Notes under the pieces: generated by a model | What the model saw: the letters and a program-made list of their open reading frames with translations, nothing else | Told to the model about the DNA's origin: nothing | Databases searched by the model: none | Translations under genes and position numbers: made by a program | In this document: in pieces, positions 46,877 to 58,570 of the stretch | How the letters are laid out: every line of letters begins with the position of its first letter | Numbering within the stretch: position 1 is the first letter of the stretch | Source: Rebecca billardiae RCC1528 | Taxonomy: Eukaryota; Protista; Haptophyta | Length of the DNA stretch: 64,000 bases | Assembly: GCA_965240325.2 (NCBI GenBank) | Contig: OZ251238.1 | Span: 310,001 to 374,000 of the forward strand | Direction: 5' to 3'

Positions 46877-47542
46877 CTACCAGCCAGCGATACCGGATGC
46901 CACGATAGAGGCGGCCACGGAGAGTAGACCGCACTTCAACCAGCCAGGGATAGGCGCCGGAGGGCGCCCGCCAGCCTGCGCGCGCAGCTCCTCCTCGCCG
47001 AGGAAGAGGCCGAACGGCGGCCCCATCCCTTTCGAGTGGTGCTTGCCGTGCGCGTCTGCGACCCGGACGAGCGCCGGCACGTGCGCGAGCGGGCCAACCG
47101 GGAAGCGCCCGTGGTGCAGTCCGTCGTGCACCAGAATGTAGCCTGTGCCAAAGATGGAGATCCCGACGGCCGCGCCGCCGAGAGTCATAGTGAAGAAGCT
47201 CGGAGGTGTCAGATAGGCCCAAGCGATCACCGGCACGACGGACGCGCAGCTCAGGGCACCAAAGAGGTCGTTCAACTCGAAGAGGTCATTCTCCGACTTA
47301 TTCACGTGGTGCGAGGCGTGCACGCTCCAGAGGGAGCGGTGCCAAAGGTGCTGGTGAGCGTATCGCGCGTAATACTCCATGCCGCACGCCAAAATTGCGG
47401 CGCACACCAAGAAGGCCACACCTTGCGGCAGCGATGGCAGCTGCAGCGAGTGTCGAGATAGGCACACGTGCGCGCTGCCGGATACCAAAGCAAATATGAG
47501 CGTGTACCCAGCCTTCTTGGTGCTCGGCATGTTCAGCACCAT
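46877..47542 (-). CDS. crtZ: Non-heme di-iron beta-carotene 3-hydroxylase (BCH/CrtZ)
   Basis: MEYYARYAHQHLWH, WSVHASHH, FELNDLF, VHDGLHHGRFPVGP, AHGKHH and PFGLFLGEEEL give all four His boxes of BCH. Confidence 0.92.
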   Translation of the reverse strand: MVLNMPSTKKAGYTLIFALVSGSAHVCLSRHSLQLPSLPQGVAFLVCAAILACGMEYYARYAHQHLWHRSLWSVHASHHVNKSENDLFELNDLFGALSCASVVPVIAWAYLTPPSFFTMTLGGAAVGISIFGTGYILVHDGLHHGRFPVGPLAHVPALVRVADAHGKHHSKGMGPPFGLFLGEEELRAQAGGRPPAPIPGWLKCGLLSVAASIVASGIAGW

Positions 47543-47784
47543 CGCGGTCGGTGCCGCTAAGCCGTCGTCGAGGCCCAGCTGCAGAGTTGTCGAATGTCGC
47601 GCGCTTTCGAGCCTTATTTACCTTTTACCCCTTGATATTGCTTGATAGCCCTTTAGGCCTTTTTACCAGCAAAAAGTAAGACCCCTTGATCGGCAAGGTG
47701 CATGCGTGCGCCGGCGGCCCGGCGCGGCCCCACGCCCGGCGCGACACGCACGTTGCGCTTAGATTCTCGTCACCACCGTGCACC

Positions 47785-48944
47785 ATGGCCATGGACCTCG
47801 CGAGCGTGATCACGGACATGTCGGCCATCGTCGAGTCCGAGGACTTCAACAAGTGGCGCAAGGACTTTGTGGACCGCAACGTCGAGGTCTTTGAGTACGG
47901 CGAGGAGAACAAGCTCGAGTACACGCCCATCCACCAGGAGTACGAGAAGGGGCTGGAGGCGCAGCTCGAGAAGGCGCTGCCCTCGGGGGTCACGATGGAT
48001 GCCTTCTGCGAGAAGCTGGCCGCCGAGATCGCGGGCAGCTCGTCGATCCCCGGGATCGACGACTTTGCGCGCCTCGTCCTCTCCGCCGCGGAGTTCTCCT
48101 CCTTCAAGGAGATGATGCTCTTCGAGAAGGCGAAGAGGGGCGACCAGGACAAGTCGCCGGACGGGCCAGTCGCGCACACAGAGGTGGACGTGAAGGCGAT
48201 CCTCAAAGAGCACGCCGACCTGGCGGAGGGGATCGACGACAGCGCGGACTGGAACGAGGTGAGCACCACGCCCACCACGCGCATCTGCACCAAGCGCGTG
48301 CGGCTGGGCGAGAGCGGGTGGCGCACGTTCATCCTGGGCATCTTCCACCTCGAGCTCAGCTTCGACGAGGCGGTGGAGATGATCACGTGCGCGGACCCCG
48401 AGCGGGTCAAGCTGTGGAACCCGAGCTTCAAGGGGAGCAAGGCGGTCCGTGGCAACTACGAGGTCGACCCGCACGCCCTCGTCGAGGTCGATCTCGACCT
48501 GGGGCTGCTGATCCACCTGGCGGGCATGCCGCGCCGCGTGCTGCTGCGGCTGAGCAAGCGCAAGGACGAGCCGAGGCCTGGCGCGCTCACGCACGTGATG
48601 GTGCCGTGGAACTTAGCGGAGGACGCGTATGACGCATCGAGCTTCGTCAACCTGAAGGTGCGCCCGGCGCTCGAGCGCTGCGCGCGCCCACGCTCCCTCC
48701 GCCAGGCGGCCGTCCGAGCGCACGACGGCGCGCTGCGCTCACGCCGCCAGCGCTGCCGCCCTCCCCGACCCACCCGCAGGCGTACGTGATCGAGCCGAAC
48801 GCCAACGAGCCGGGGAAGTGCACGGTGACGACCTTGGACATGAGCCCGGTGCCCAACTGGATGACCAACGCAACCATCGGCTACCTCAGCCCGCAGATGA
48901 TGGCCGGGCAGGTGCAGCGCTACCTCAAGCACGCGCGCAAGTGA
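47785..48944 (+). CDS. BART (ARL2/3-binding) domain plus START/SRPBCC-like domain protein
   Basis: The BART signature is FEYGEENKLEYTPIHQEYEKGLEAQLE…FSSFKEMM. The C-terminal START-like part reads W…ERVKLWNP…AYVIEPN…TVTTLD…VPNWMTN. Intron at 48658-48779. Confidence 0.75.
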
Positions 48945-49544
48945 GTGTTCTGAGTGGGCACGCAGCCACAGCAGGCGGCTGGCTGGCTGCGTGCAGCGTG
49001 GTCCGTTCGGTGATGGCACAGCTCGCGCAGAATCGCGCCGATGTGCCCTCCATGCGCGAGATGCTTACGATGCAGCGCCGTGCCAACTGGAGCTGGTCGG
49101 ACCCGATACGCGTATGCGTTTGGTGGGGGCTGCTCGGCAGTACCGTCGGTCGTTGCCTCTCCCCAAGTCCCCAACTGCCCAAGCTACGAGTACGACTGGC
49201 GCGGAGTTCATTATTCGTCGCGCCATTCGCGGCACTCTCCTCAGCCAGACGCCTGCGGCACTACCCGTTTATTATAAATAAGCAGCCGTCGACTGAATCA
49301 TAGGCTCGTCGTCGACTATATATGCTAGCTGTGAATAATGTCTATGGCAGCGCCGGCCGCGCCCGCCGGCTTGCATATGATTATGCATGCACATCATGAA
49401 TAATATATATATAATTAATAAATGATGAATAAATAATAATAATAAGTACTGTACATGACAATGTACATCAGCGCGCGCATATCCGATATATCGCATTGGC
49501 GTGATGAGGCTCACTCATGAGGCGCCACTGCGAGTTAATCTCCG

Positions 49545-51783
49545 TCAGCTGCTGCCACCAGCAGCACTCCTACTGCCTCCTGGTGCAGACACGTGCTGTG
49601 ATGCCGAGCGGCGAGCCCGAAGCAGCGGCGGCTCGCTCGTCTCCTGCAGCGGTGGGCTCGTATCCCCAGCGGCATCCATCGGTGCGGATCTGTTGTTCGA
49701 GCCTACCCGAGGCATCCGCCCCGTGCTCCCGCGCGCGCCGCCGGCAGGACCGCCGCCCACCGCGCCGCTCGAGGGCGTGCGCTTGAGCTTGGGCGCGCCG
49801 CCGCCATTCGCGTCACCGCCGCCCGCTGAGCCGCTCGAAGACATGCGCCGCAGCTTGGGCGAGCCGTTTGCGCTGCGACCGCCCCCCGCGCTGCTCGACG
49901 GCCTGTGCTGCGGCTTGGGCGAGCCACCCGCGCTGCCGCTGCCGGCGGTGCCCTTTGACGGCATGCGCTGCACGGTGGGCGCGGCGCCGCCATGCGGCTT
50001 GGGAGCGCCGGCCGCCGCCCCGCCGCCCGTCGTCCCGCTGTTGGACGGCGTGCGCTGCCGGCGCTGCTGCAGCATGGCGAAGTGGCGCGCGTTGCGCTCG
50101 AGCTCCTCCCGCAGCTTGGTCGACTCGGTCGCCGCCGCGTCGCCCTCGCGCATCGGCGAGGGCGTGCGCGAGCGCGAGCGCGCGGCCGCCACGTCGCCCT
50201 TGCTCTGCCGGGACACCCACATGTACAGCTCGCCGCCGCGCGTCCAGCCGCGCGCGAGCGGGTCCTGTCCCGGCGCGAAGACGTGCTTCACCTGCGGCGG
50301 CGGCGGCGGCGCGTGGGGCGCGCGCGAGCGCGCGTGCCTCCGCCGCGTGAGCGCCCGTGCGCCGCGCGCCGCGCCCCACGCCGCGCCGCGCGCTTCGGGG
50401 GCGAGCGCCTTGCACCTTGAAGCGTGCGGAGAAGAGGAGGCCGCTCAGGGAGACGCGCTGCTGCGCCATGTCGGTCGGCGGGATGACGACGGGCACCGTG
50501 TGCGTGAACCGCTTCGCCGAGTCGGGGATCTCGTACGCCGTGCTCTGCACGTGCCCGTGGCAGCGCGTCGCGTTGCCGCCCAGCACGTAGATCATCTCGG
50601 GCGGGCCGTACACCGAGTGGAATTTGAGCGCGAGCGCGGCCAGCGCGGAGCGCAGCCGCTCGCACCACACGCGCGTCGCGTCCGCCTCGGAGAGGTGGCC
50701 CTGCAGCTCGGTGGGCACGAGCGGGTCGCGCCCGAGCAGCCGCTCCCACGTGCGCCGGTCGAGCGCGAACCGGATCCGCGCCTGGTGGTGCGGGATCTTG
50801 TACGCGCTCGCCGCGCGCAGCTGCAGCGTGCGGCCGTCGTCGCCCAGGTGCACGCCCTGGCAGTAGCCGTGCGGGTCGTGCAGGTCGATCTTGGTGAACC
50901 AGACCCACGACTGCCAGATCGCCGACTCGATGTACTTGTGCCCCTTGCTCGGGTCGCGGAAGAAGGTGGCGACCGCCGGCGCCGTGCCGAGCACGAGCAC
51001 GAGCGCGTTCTGCAGCCGCGGCGCGGTGCACGCGACGCCGAGCGCGGCGGCCATGTTGTCCGGCACCGCCGAGATCTTCGCGTTGGGGAAGACGGGGCCG
51101 AAGCGCGCCTTGAAGTTGAAGCCGCGGAACTTGGGCGAGAACGACGGCATGTTGCGCACGAGCACGAGCTCCGACGGCTGCGCCATCTCCTCGCCGATGT
51201 CGACGGTGCCGGGCACGGAGAAGACGACCCGTTGCACGTCTGCGAGCGGCACGCCGCACGCCTCGAGGTGCGCGCGCATGCGCGACGGCACGGCGTCCGG
51301 GTCGAACTTGTCCTCGGTGGGGAGCGTGTGGTCCTGCCACAGCTGCTGCGAGAGCACCGGCTCCAGCATCAGCGTCTCCGAGCCGCCACGCTGCAGCATG
51401 AACTTGGTGCGCGTGCCGCCAATGTCGACCGCGAGGTGCAGCTCGGGGCGCGCGTTCCCCGCGGGGAGTAGCGGCTCGAGGGCGTTGAAGAGGGCCTCGC
51501 GAAGCTGGTCCTCGGGAACGCCCGAGAGCTGCTCCGCGAGCTCGTCCGGCAGCGTCGTCTCGAGCGCGCGCCACGCGCGCCGCAGGCGCCACTCTGCCTC
51601 CGAGCGCAGCGTCAGCCGTGCCCACACGCGCGCGCAGAGCCTGCGGCAGGCGTCGGGCGCGAGGGCGGAGGCGACCAGAACAAAGACCAGCAGCGCGCCC
51701 ACGCCCATGACAAGCTGCCCACGCCCACTCTCCGCTGCGGGCGCGTAGCCCCCTTCCGCGCCGAAGGAGAAGAGCCAATCCAT
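49545..51783 (-). CDS. ROK-family sugar kinase-like protein with N-terminal TM anchor and disordered Ser-rich tail
   Basis: Motifs LAVDIGGTRTK, FSVPGTVD, ISAVPDNMAAALG, LVLVLGT and IYVLGG. Intron at 50292-50415. Confidence 0.8.
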
Positions 51784-52086
51784 GGCGACAGCAAGACGCG
51801 CTCGCACGGAGCGGGACGCACGCTTGGCAAGGCCTCTGTCTTCGATTCTGAATCCTGCTGATGACTTTTCCAGGAGTCGTCAGCGAATGTTCCGTGCTTC
51901 GGCGAATCACGAGTGGAGATCGCAGATCTTGGGCTACATCAGCCGGAGATTGATGATATGAAGATGCAATCCGCGGCATTATTACTATAAGAAGAAGAGA
52001 CGCACACAGCTCTTGATCAGGCAGGCGAGATGATTAATATCTGAGGGATCATAGTCGCGACCAGTGGATGCGGCGGCCACGCCGAC

Positions 52087-55000
52087 TCAGTGCTCGCCGC
52101 TGTCCGCGTCACTCCCGTCGGCTGGCCTCGAGCTGCTCAGCGCCGCGACGATCTTGCTGCCGTCGTCGTCGATCGGCGCGACCTCGAGCGCGAGGCGCTC
52201 GAGCTCGGGGCGGGCGAACGCGAGGGTCGCCTCGAGCAGCTCGCACGCCGCGGCCGCCGCAGCGAGCGCGCGTGCGTTGAAGTGGTACGGCGGCTCGACC
52301 CTGTTCTGCAGCACGATCACGCCCACCACCTGCAGCCGGTTGGCGTCGAGCACCGCGTCCACCATCGTTTCGTCGACGCGCACCGTCGGCCCGCTCGCGT
52401 CCGCGTCGCGCCCTCGCACGACGAGCGGGACGGCGGCGAGCGCGTGCGTGTGGTAGTGCTCGGCCGCGTCCGCATCCGCGTCCACGCGCGAGTCCATGTA
52501 CATGTCGTCGACGGCCTCAGGCTTGGCGCTCAGCGCGACGGAGCCGGCCACGCTCGCGAGCGCCGCGCTGCGCGGCTCGAGCGGGACCGCGCGGTGCTGC
52601 GCATCGCCGCTGCCCACGTCCGCTCGCACGAGCGCCGCGGCCGGCCTGTGCAGCAGCCACAGCTGCGCGCGGTCTGCGCCCAGGTGCACCTGCAGCGCGC
52701 TGCACAGCTGGAAGAGGAGCACGAGCGGCTGCGGGCGCAGGTGGATGTTGAGGTCTCGCACCTGCGCGCGCCGCGGGGGCGGCAGGAGCGGGTGCGTCAG
52801 GTTGGTGCAGCGCGTGCGCGGCGTCACGCTCGCTCTCGCCCACGCACTGCGACCGGCGTGCGCGCTCGCGGCACGCACGAGGGGGCGTCGGGTCGGGCGC
52901 GCGCGCGCGCGCGCACCTCTGCGAGCAACGCCGCCTCGCGCGCGGCCTCCTCGTCCACCTCCTGCTCGTCCGAGCGCTGGTCGGTCGCGGACGAGAGCAG
53001 CGACGCGCTGCTCGCGCCCAGCCGCGGCGTGCAGACCGCAGACACGGTCGAGTCGTGCCGCGAGAGCTGCCGGCTGTGCGCGCCCGGCGAGGCGGGCGGC
53101 GAGTGCTCGGCGCCCGTCGCGCCCGCGCCCGCGCCGCCGTGCGCTTCGGCCACGACGGCCGTGGGGACCGTCTCGTACCTGGCTTCGCACGAGCGGCGGC
53201 GGCTGCTGGCGGCGCCGCCAAGCCGGAGGGTGCCGAGGGGCGTGTCGCCGGCGCCCACCACGCCGATCGTGCTGCTCACCGACGCTCGGCGCGAGGACGT
53301 GCGGCCCCGCAGCAGGTCTGCGATCTCGCTGCCGTGCCGTGCGGAGCCCTCCGCGCTGCCCTCGGCGCTGCCGTCCGCATGCGCGGGCGCTCTGGGCGAC
53401 AGCCGCGCGTCGAGGGTCGGCGGCACGCCCTCCCCTTGCTGGGGCCGCGGGTAGGGCGAGGGCGCGCCCCCTGTGAGCGCCGCCAGCGCCTCAGAGCCCA
53501 GCATCTCCTCGGAGCGCTGCCGTCGGGCCGGCGTCGGGCTCGCCCCGCTCACCGAGCGGCGCCGAAGCGCGCGGCCGAGCGACGCGCGGCGCGAGCTAGG
53601 GCTGCTCGGTACGCGATGGGGGCTGGCGCAGCCGGCCGCCTCCGCGCCCGCGGGCGAGCCCTCGACATCGCCCGCGTCCGAGCACGCGCCGTGCATCCGG
53701 ACTCCGAGGAACATGTCGGCGTCCTCCACCTCGGCAGCGAGCGCGCCGATCGCGTCCGGGCCGGCCGCGAGCGCACTCGCCTCGGCGAAGCTCTGCCGCG
53801 CGGCTGTGAGCGCCGCGCCCGCCACCGTCGCGACGCTCTTGAGCGGGTTGGGCACGGCGGCGGCCTGGCCGGGCGAGGGCGGCGCAGCACCGTGCTGCGG
53901 GGGCGCCGCCGGCCGCGCGCGCTCGCTCTCCTCCTCGTCCGGACCGGTGTGCGTCACCGTCAGCGCGAGCGTCTGCGCCGCCAGGCCCCCCATCACCAGC
54001 TGCCCCGAGCGAGCCAGCGCACCCGCCGCCTTCGAGCCGCGCACGAGCGCGGCGATGGTGAGCCCGCCCACGTACCCGAGCGCGCGGCCGACGTCGAGCG
54101 CGTCCGCGGGGAGCGAGGTGCGCGCGCCCGTCGCCTGCAGCGCCGCGGCCGTCTCGCGCGTCGCCGCCATCCCGGCGGGCGGGCGCGCGTGCACGAGGCC
54201 CAGCTGCAGCACGCCGATGCTCAGCGTGCCCGCGCCCTCCTGCCCGGCGCCGCGCCCTGCGCTCACAGGCGCGAGCAGTGGGCAGACGAGCAGCGCTGCC
54301 GGCGTCTGCCCAGCGCACGCGTGCGCGTCCACGCGGTGCACGTACGGCCCCCTCGACGAGGGGCGCGGCACGAGCAGCGGCGTCGTGCCGAAGAACGCCT
54401 CGGACGTGAACCCGTGCGCCGCCTCGAAGCACAGCGCGCCGTCGGCCGCCTCCGTCCCCGCCACCGCCCCGAGGCCCAGCCCGACGTGCTCATCGAACGT
54501 GAGCAGCGGCAGCAGCCGGCGCGCGGGGCCGCCGCCCGCGGGCTCGCCGAGGTCGGCCAGCGCGGCGGGCGCGACGCCCAGCGCCTCCGGCGTGAGGAAG
54601 AAGACCGCCCCGCTCGCGCCGGCCGCGTGCGCGATCGCCAGCCGCAGCTCAGGCGCGCGCAGCTCGTCTGCAGAGCGCACGGCCGCCAGGGCCCCGACCG
54701 CGCGCACCATCGCCGCCGCGCGCACCGTCTGCGCGCTCACCGCACGCTCGCGCGCCGCGAGCCGCGCGTCGTGCGGCGCGCGCCACGCGGCGCCGCCGCG
54801 TAGAGCAGCGGCGTGCCCACCGCGCCCATCGCCGCCGCTCGTGTGCGGCCGCGCGCTCGGCGCGCCGCCGACACCGCCGCCGCCGCCGCCACCGCGCGCG
54901 TGCGCGCCGACGGCGGCCCAGGTGGCTGGGGCTGAGTGCTGCGCCGAGAGCGCGCCTGGTGCGGGCGGCGAGAGCGAGGCGAAGCCCGCGGGCGCGCTGC

Positions 55001-56078
55001 GCCCCTGCAGCAGCACCGGCTGGTACACCACGCCCGCGCCCACGCCGCTCAGGCTGTCCAGCCCGAGCGCGCCCGGCGCGGCGCCTCCGGCCGTGCGCGG
55101 ACGCGCCGCGCCGCCGCCGCTCGCCGAGGCGGCGGACTGGAAGGATGCGCACGCGAGGGGCGAGGGCGCGGCGGCGCTCGCGGAGGCGGAGACGGCCCCG
55201 CGCGGCGCGAACGCCGCCGAGCCGTCCGCGCCCGCGGGCAGCCCCGCCAGCCGGCGCCTCAGCTCCGCCACCTCCTCAAGCAGCGCCGCCTCGCGCGCGC
55301 GCCACGCCGCGTCCACCTCCTCCGCGTCCGTGAGGCGCGCCCACGCGGAGACGTCGAGGCGCGGGCCGCCGAAGGCGCTGAGGGCGCTTCTGGAGGACGT
55401 GTCCTGCAGCTCGCGCGAGGACTCGGTGCTCCGCCGCGCGGCGCCGTGCCGCACGCCCGTGCGTGAGCCCGGCCTCGAGCCAACGCCTGGGGAGGCGGGG
55501 CGGCCGGCGAGCGCGGTCGCGCGCGCGAGCTGCGAGCGCAGCAGCTCGCCCTCGGCCTGCAGCTGGGCGATGCGGCTGACGAGCGCGTCGATCAGGCCCG
55601 AGCCGCCGAACCCCGACGCCGAGATGTGGCTCGGCGAGCGCTCCGTGCCCAGCGCCGACGCGATCGCGGCCGCGCCGCTGCCGCCGCGCGCGGGCGCGCG
55701 CTCGAGCGCACTGCTCTCCGCCATCGCGCTGACGGCGATGGTGGAGGGCACGGGGTCGCCCAGGCTCGCCGCGCGCCGCGCGATTGACTGCTTCGCAGCG
55801 ATCATCGTCTGCGGCGCGCTCGGCGCGAGCGGCGCCGCCACTGACGTCACCGACGGCGCGCGCCCCCGGGAGCGCGCGAGCGCACGCCCCGTCGCGTGGA
55901 ACGGGGCGCGCGGCGGCTCGGAGCGCTCGCGGGGCATGTTGTACAGCGCGGGCATGCGCGAGGGCGCCGGTGGCCCCGATGCAGCGCCGTTGCCGTCCCC
56001 GCGCGTGCCACCCTCCACGCTCGCGGCGCTCGGCGGCCTGGGCGCTGCGGCCGCGTCGGGTGCCGCCATCGGGCGCAT
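52087..56078 (-). CDS. Coiled-coil plus GAF-domain protein
   Basis: The C-terminal exon has a PDE-type GAF: LGADRAQLWLL…VAGSVAL…VDDMYMDSRVD…HTHALAAVPL…VVGVIVLQNR…F. A degenerate GAF lies upstream (LLVCPLL…IGVLQL). Intron at 52762-52916. The start is uncertain. Confidence 0.7.
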
Positions 56079-56218
56079 CTCCGGCGTGCCTCCAGCCAGC
56101 GCTCGCGTGCGCGTGCAGCGCAAATGAAACGAACAACCCGCGCGTAACGACGTTCTGTCGTTCTCATTTTCAATTTTCCTCGCGCGCGGCGCGCGGAAGA
56201 ATTCGTGGGGGCGACTTC

Positions 56219-57748
56219 ATGCTGGCCACGGCCGTCCAGCTGCTCGCGACGGCCGCCGTCCTTCGTGGACCCCCGCGCGCGCGGCCCCGGGCGTCGACGT
56301 GCGTGATGGCGGAGGAGGAGCTCCTCCAGCGTCCCGGCGGCGCGCCGATCACGCTCGCCGACCTCTCCGACGTCGCGCGCTCCTTCTGGGGCGACGCGTC
56401 GCTCGAGGTGCGCGGCTGCGAGCTCGTGTCTGAGAATCGCTTCCCCGGCTCGCACTCAGGCGTGCTGCGGCTGAGCACGGTGGCGTCGGCGGGCGAGGCG
56501 ACGCGGTACCTCTTCCTCAAGAAGGTCTCCGCCGCCGCGCTCGCGCACCGACCCTGGCCTGACCGTCGCCGCACTCTCGCTTACGCTCGCACGGAAGCGC
56601 GCTTCTTCGCCGAGTTTGCCACGGAGCCGAGCTTCGTCGCCGCGCTGGCGCGCACGCGCACGCTGCTCCCGCGCCTCGCGGCGAGCGAGAACCAGCTCGA
56701 GGAGGTGCTCGGCGACGCGCCCGTGCACGCGCCCGCGGGCGAGCCGCCCGCAGACGGCGCGCTCGGCCGCGCGGGTGCCGTGCTCTTCATCGAGGCCGCG
56801 CGCGGGTACGAGCAGGCGTCGCCGCTGAGCGAGGCGCAGGCGGCGGCGGCGCTGCGCGCGGTGGCCGGGATGCACGCCGCGGCGTGGGGCGACGTGCCCC
56901 TGCTCCGCCGCGCGAGCGAGCGGCTGCAGCGCCACGGCGGCTGCTTCGCCCTCGAGATCCGCACCGCCGCCGAGCTCGCCCAGCTGGGCCCCAACTGGCG
57001 CGCGTTTGCGGACAGGTTCGGCGCGCTCGAGCCCGAGCTGTTCGCGCGGCCGGGCATCGCGAGGCTGGGCGAGCGGCTGGCGGCGTGGGCGGAGCGCGCG
57101 TCCGCGCGCGTCTCCGTCGGCCCCGACGGCGCGCACGCCACGCTCATCCACGGCGACTTCAAGGCGTACAACGTGATGCTGCGCGCTGCCGCTCACTCCG
57201 CGGCCGCTCACTCCGCGGCCGCTCACTCCGCGGCCGCTCACTCCGCGGCCGAGCCGCAGCGCGCGACGGGCGGGGCGGCGGGCGGGGCGGAGGGCGGGGC
57301 GGAGGGCGGGGCGGAGGGCGGGGCGGAGGGCGGGGCGATGCTCATCGACTTCGCGTCGTGCGGCGTCGGGCTGGGCATGACCGACGTGGCGATGCTCCTC
57401 GCGCACTCCGTCGCGCCCGCCACGCTGCGCGCCGGCGGCGCGGAGCGGCTGCTGGACGGCTACCTGGCCACCCTCCGAGCCGCGGGCGTGGAGTACGCGG
57501 AGGCGGCCGCGCGCGAGCACTACCACGCGGCGACGGTGGACTACGCGCGGTTCGTGGTCTCGCGCTTCTGGGGGGACGCGTCGGAGGAGAGCTTCGCCAA
57601 GCGCGCCGCCAACCCGAACGTCTGTCTGCCCAACCGGGATGTGGACGCCGCGCTGCGCTTTGCCGAGCGCGTCGACGCGTCGCTGGGCTGGCTCGAGCAG
57701 CTCGAGGCCGCCGGCGTGCCGCCGAGCGAGCTGCCCGGCCGGTGGTGA
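56219..57748 (+). CDS. EcKinase/choline kinase/APH-like small-molecule kinase, possibly plastid-targeted
   Basis: Motifs YLFLKK, TEARFF, VAGMHAAAWG, TLIHGDFKAYNVM and LIDFASCGVGLGMTDVA. The N-terminus is signal-plus-transit-like. Confidence 0.85.
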   Translation: MLATAVQLLATAAVLRGPPRARPRASTCVMAEEELLQRPGGAPITLADLSDVARSFWGDASLEVRGCELVSENRFPGSHSGVLRLSTVASAGEATRYLFLKKVSAAALAHRPWPDRRRTLAYARTEARFFAEFATEPSFVAALARTRTLLPRLAASENQLEEVLGDAPVHAPAGEPPADGALGRAGAVLFIEAARGYEQASPLSEAQAAAALRAVAGMHAAAWGDVPLLRRASERLQRHGGCFALEIRTAAELAQLGPNWRAFADRFGALEPELFARPGIARLGERLAAWAERASARVSVGPDGAHATLIHGDFKAYNVMLRAAAHSAAAHSAAAHSAAAHSAAEPQRATGGAAGGAEGGAEGGAEGGAEGGAMLIDFASCGVGLGMTDVAMLLAHSVAPATLRAGGAERLLDGYLATLRAAGVEYAEAAAREHYHAATVDYARFVVSRFWGDASEESFAKRAANPNVCLPNRDVDAALRFAERVDASLGWLEQLEAAGVPPSELPGRW

Positions 57749-58128
57749 CGACAGGCTGCGAAGGGCGGGCGAGTGGCCCCGCTCCCACCCGTCGGCTCCC
57801 GCCCGAGCCGTCGTCTGATGGCGCGCTGCACGTCGCCGGGGCGGCCCGAACATGTTCCGACTAACAGTTGGAGTGGCAGCAGACGCGTCGTGCCGATCAA
57901 CACGACGAGGACCACTCAGATGAAAGCCAGCTTCGGGCTGGTACAGTAGTGGTAGTACTGTCAAAGGAACCGTAGTACTGTAAGCTACTTTTTACTAGTC
58001 AGTAAGACTGTAGAGTTAGACGCCGCCACGGCCGGTAACGGTTCGTTACAGTAAGCCAGGCGAGCGCCGGACTGTGTGCAGTCCGGCTGCGTTGTCTTGT
58101 GAGGCGTCCCCTCCACCTCCGCGACCCC

Positions 58129-58485
58129 ATGCTGCTCCGCGCGCTCGTCTTCCTGCTCGCCGCGGCTTGCGCGTACGCACCGCGCGGAGAGATCGTCACG
58201 TGCTCCTCGTGAAAGCTCAACCGCCACCCTGAACTCAAGCAGTTCATCAAGGGTGGGGCTCACGGCGCGAACATTGGCGAGGCCGCCGAGGTGAACAAGT
58301 ATACCGACCTCAAGGTCAAGTTCGTCTCAGGGCACACGCCCACGCTCAAAATCTACGACGACGAGTCGGGCGCGGAGGAGCCGGTCGAGGCGATCGATCT
58401 CTCCAAGGTCGAGCTCGAGGGCGGCATCGAGCGCGTGCGCTCGCTGCTCTCTGAGAAGGGCTTCTCGATCAAGGAGGAGCTCTAG
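58129..58485 (+). CDS. SELENOM: Selenoprotein M (SelM/Sep15 family) with in-frame UGA read as Sec
   Basis: MLLRALVFLLAAACAYA-PRGEIVTCSS[TGA 58210-58212]KLNRHPELKQFIKG…YTDLKVKFVSGHTPTLKIYDD…LLSEKGFSIKEEL*. It has a signal peptide, CxxU, an ER-retention-like KEEL and a downstream SECIS. Confidence 0.93.
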
Positions 58486-58570
58486 GCCAGGCGCAAGCCC
58501 GGCCTAGACTCTGCTGCCGCCTGTCGCGCGGGCAGCACGCAGGCTTGAGGCATGGCGGCGCCGGCGCGCA

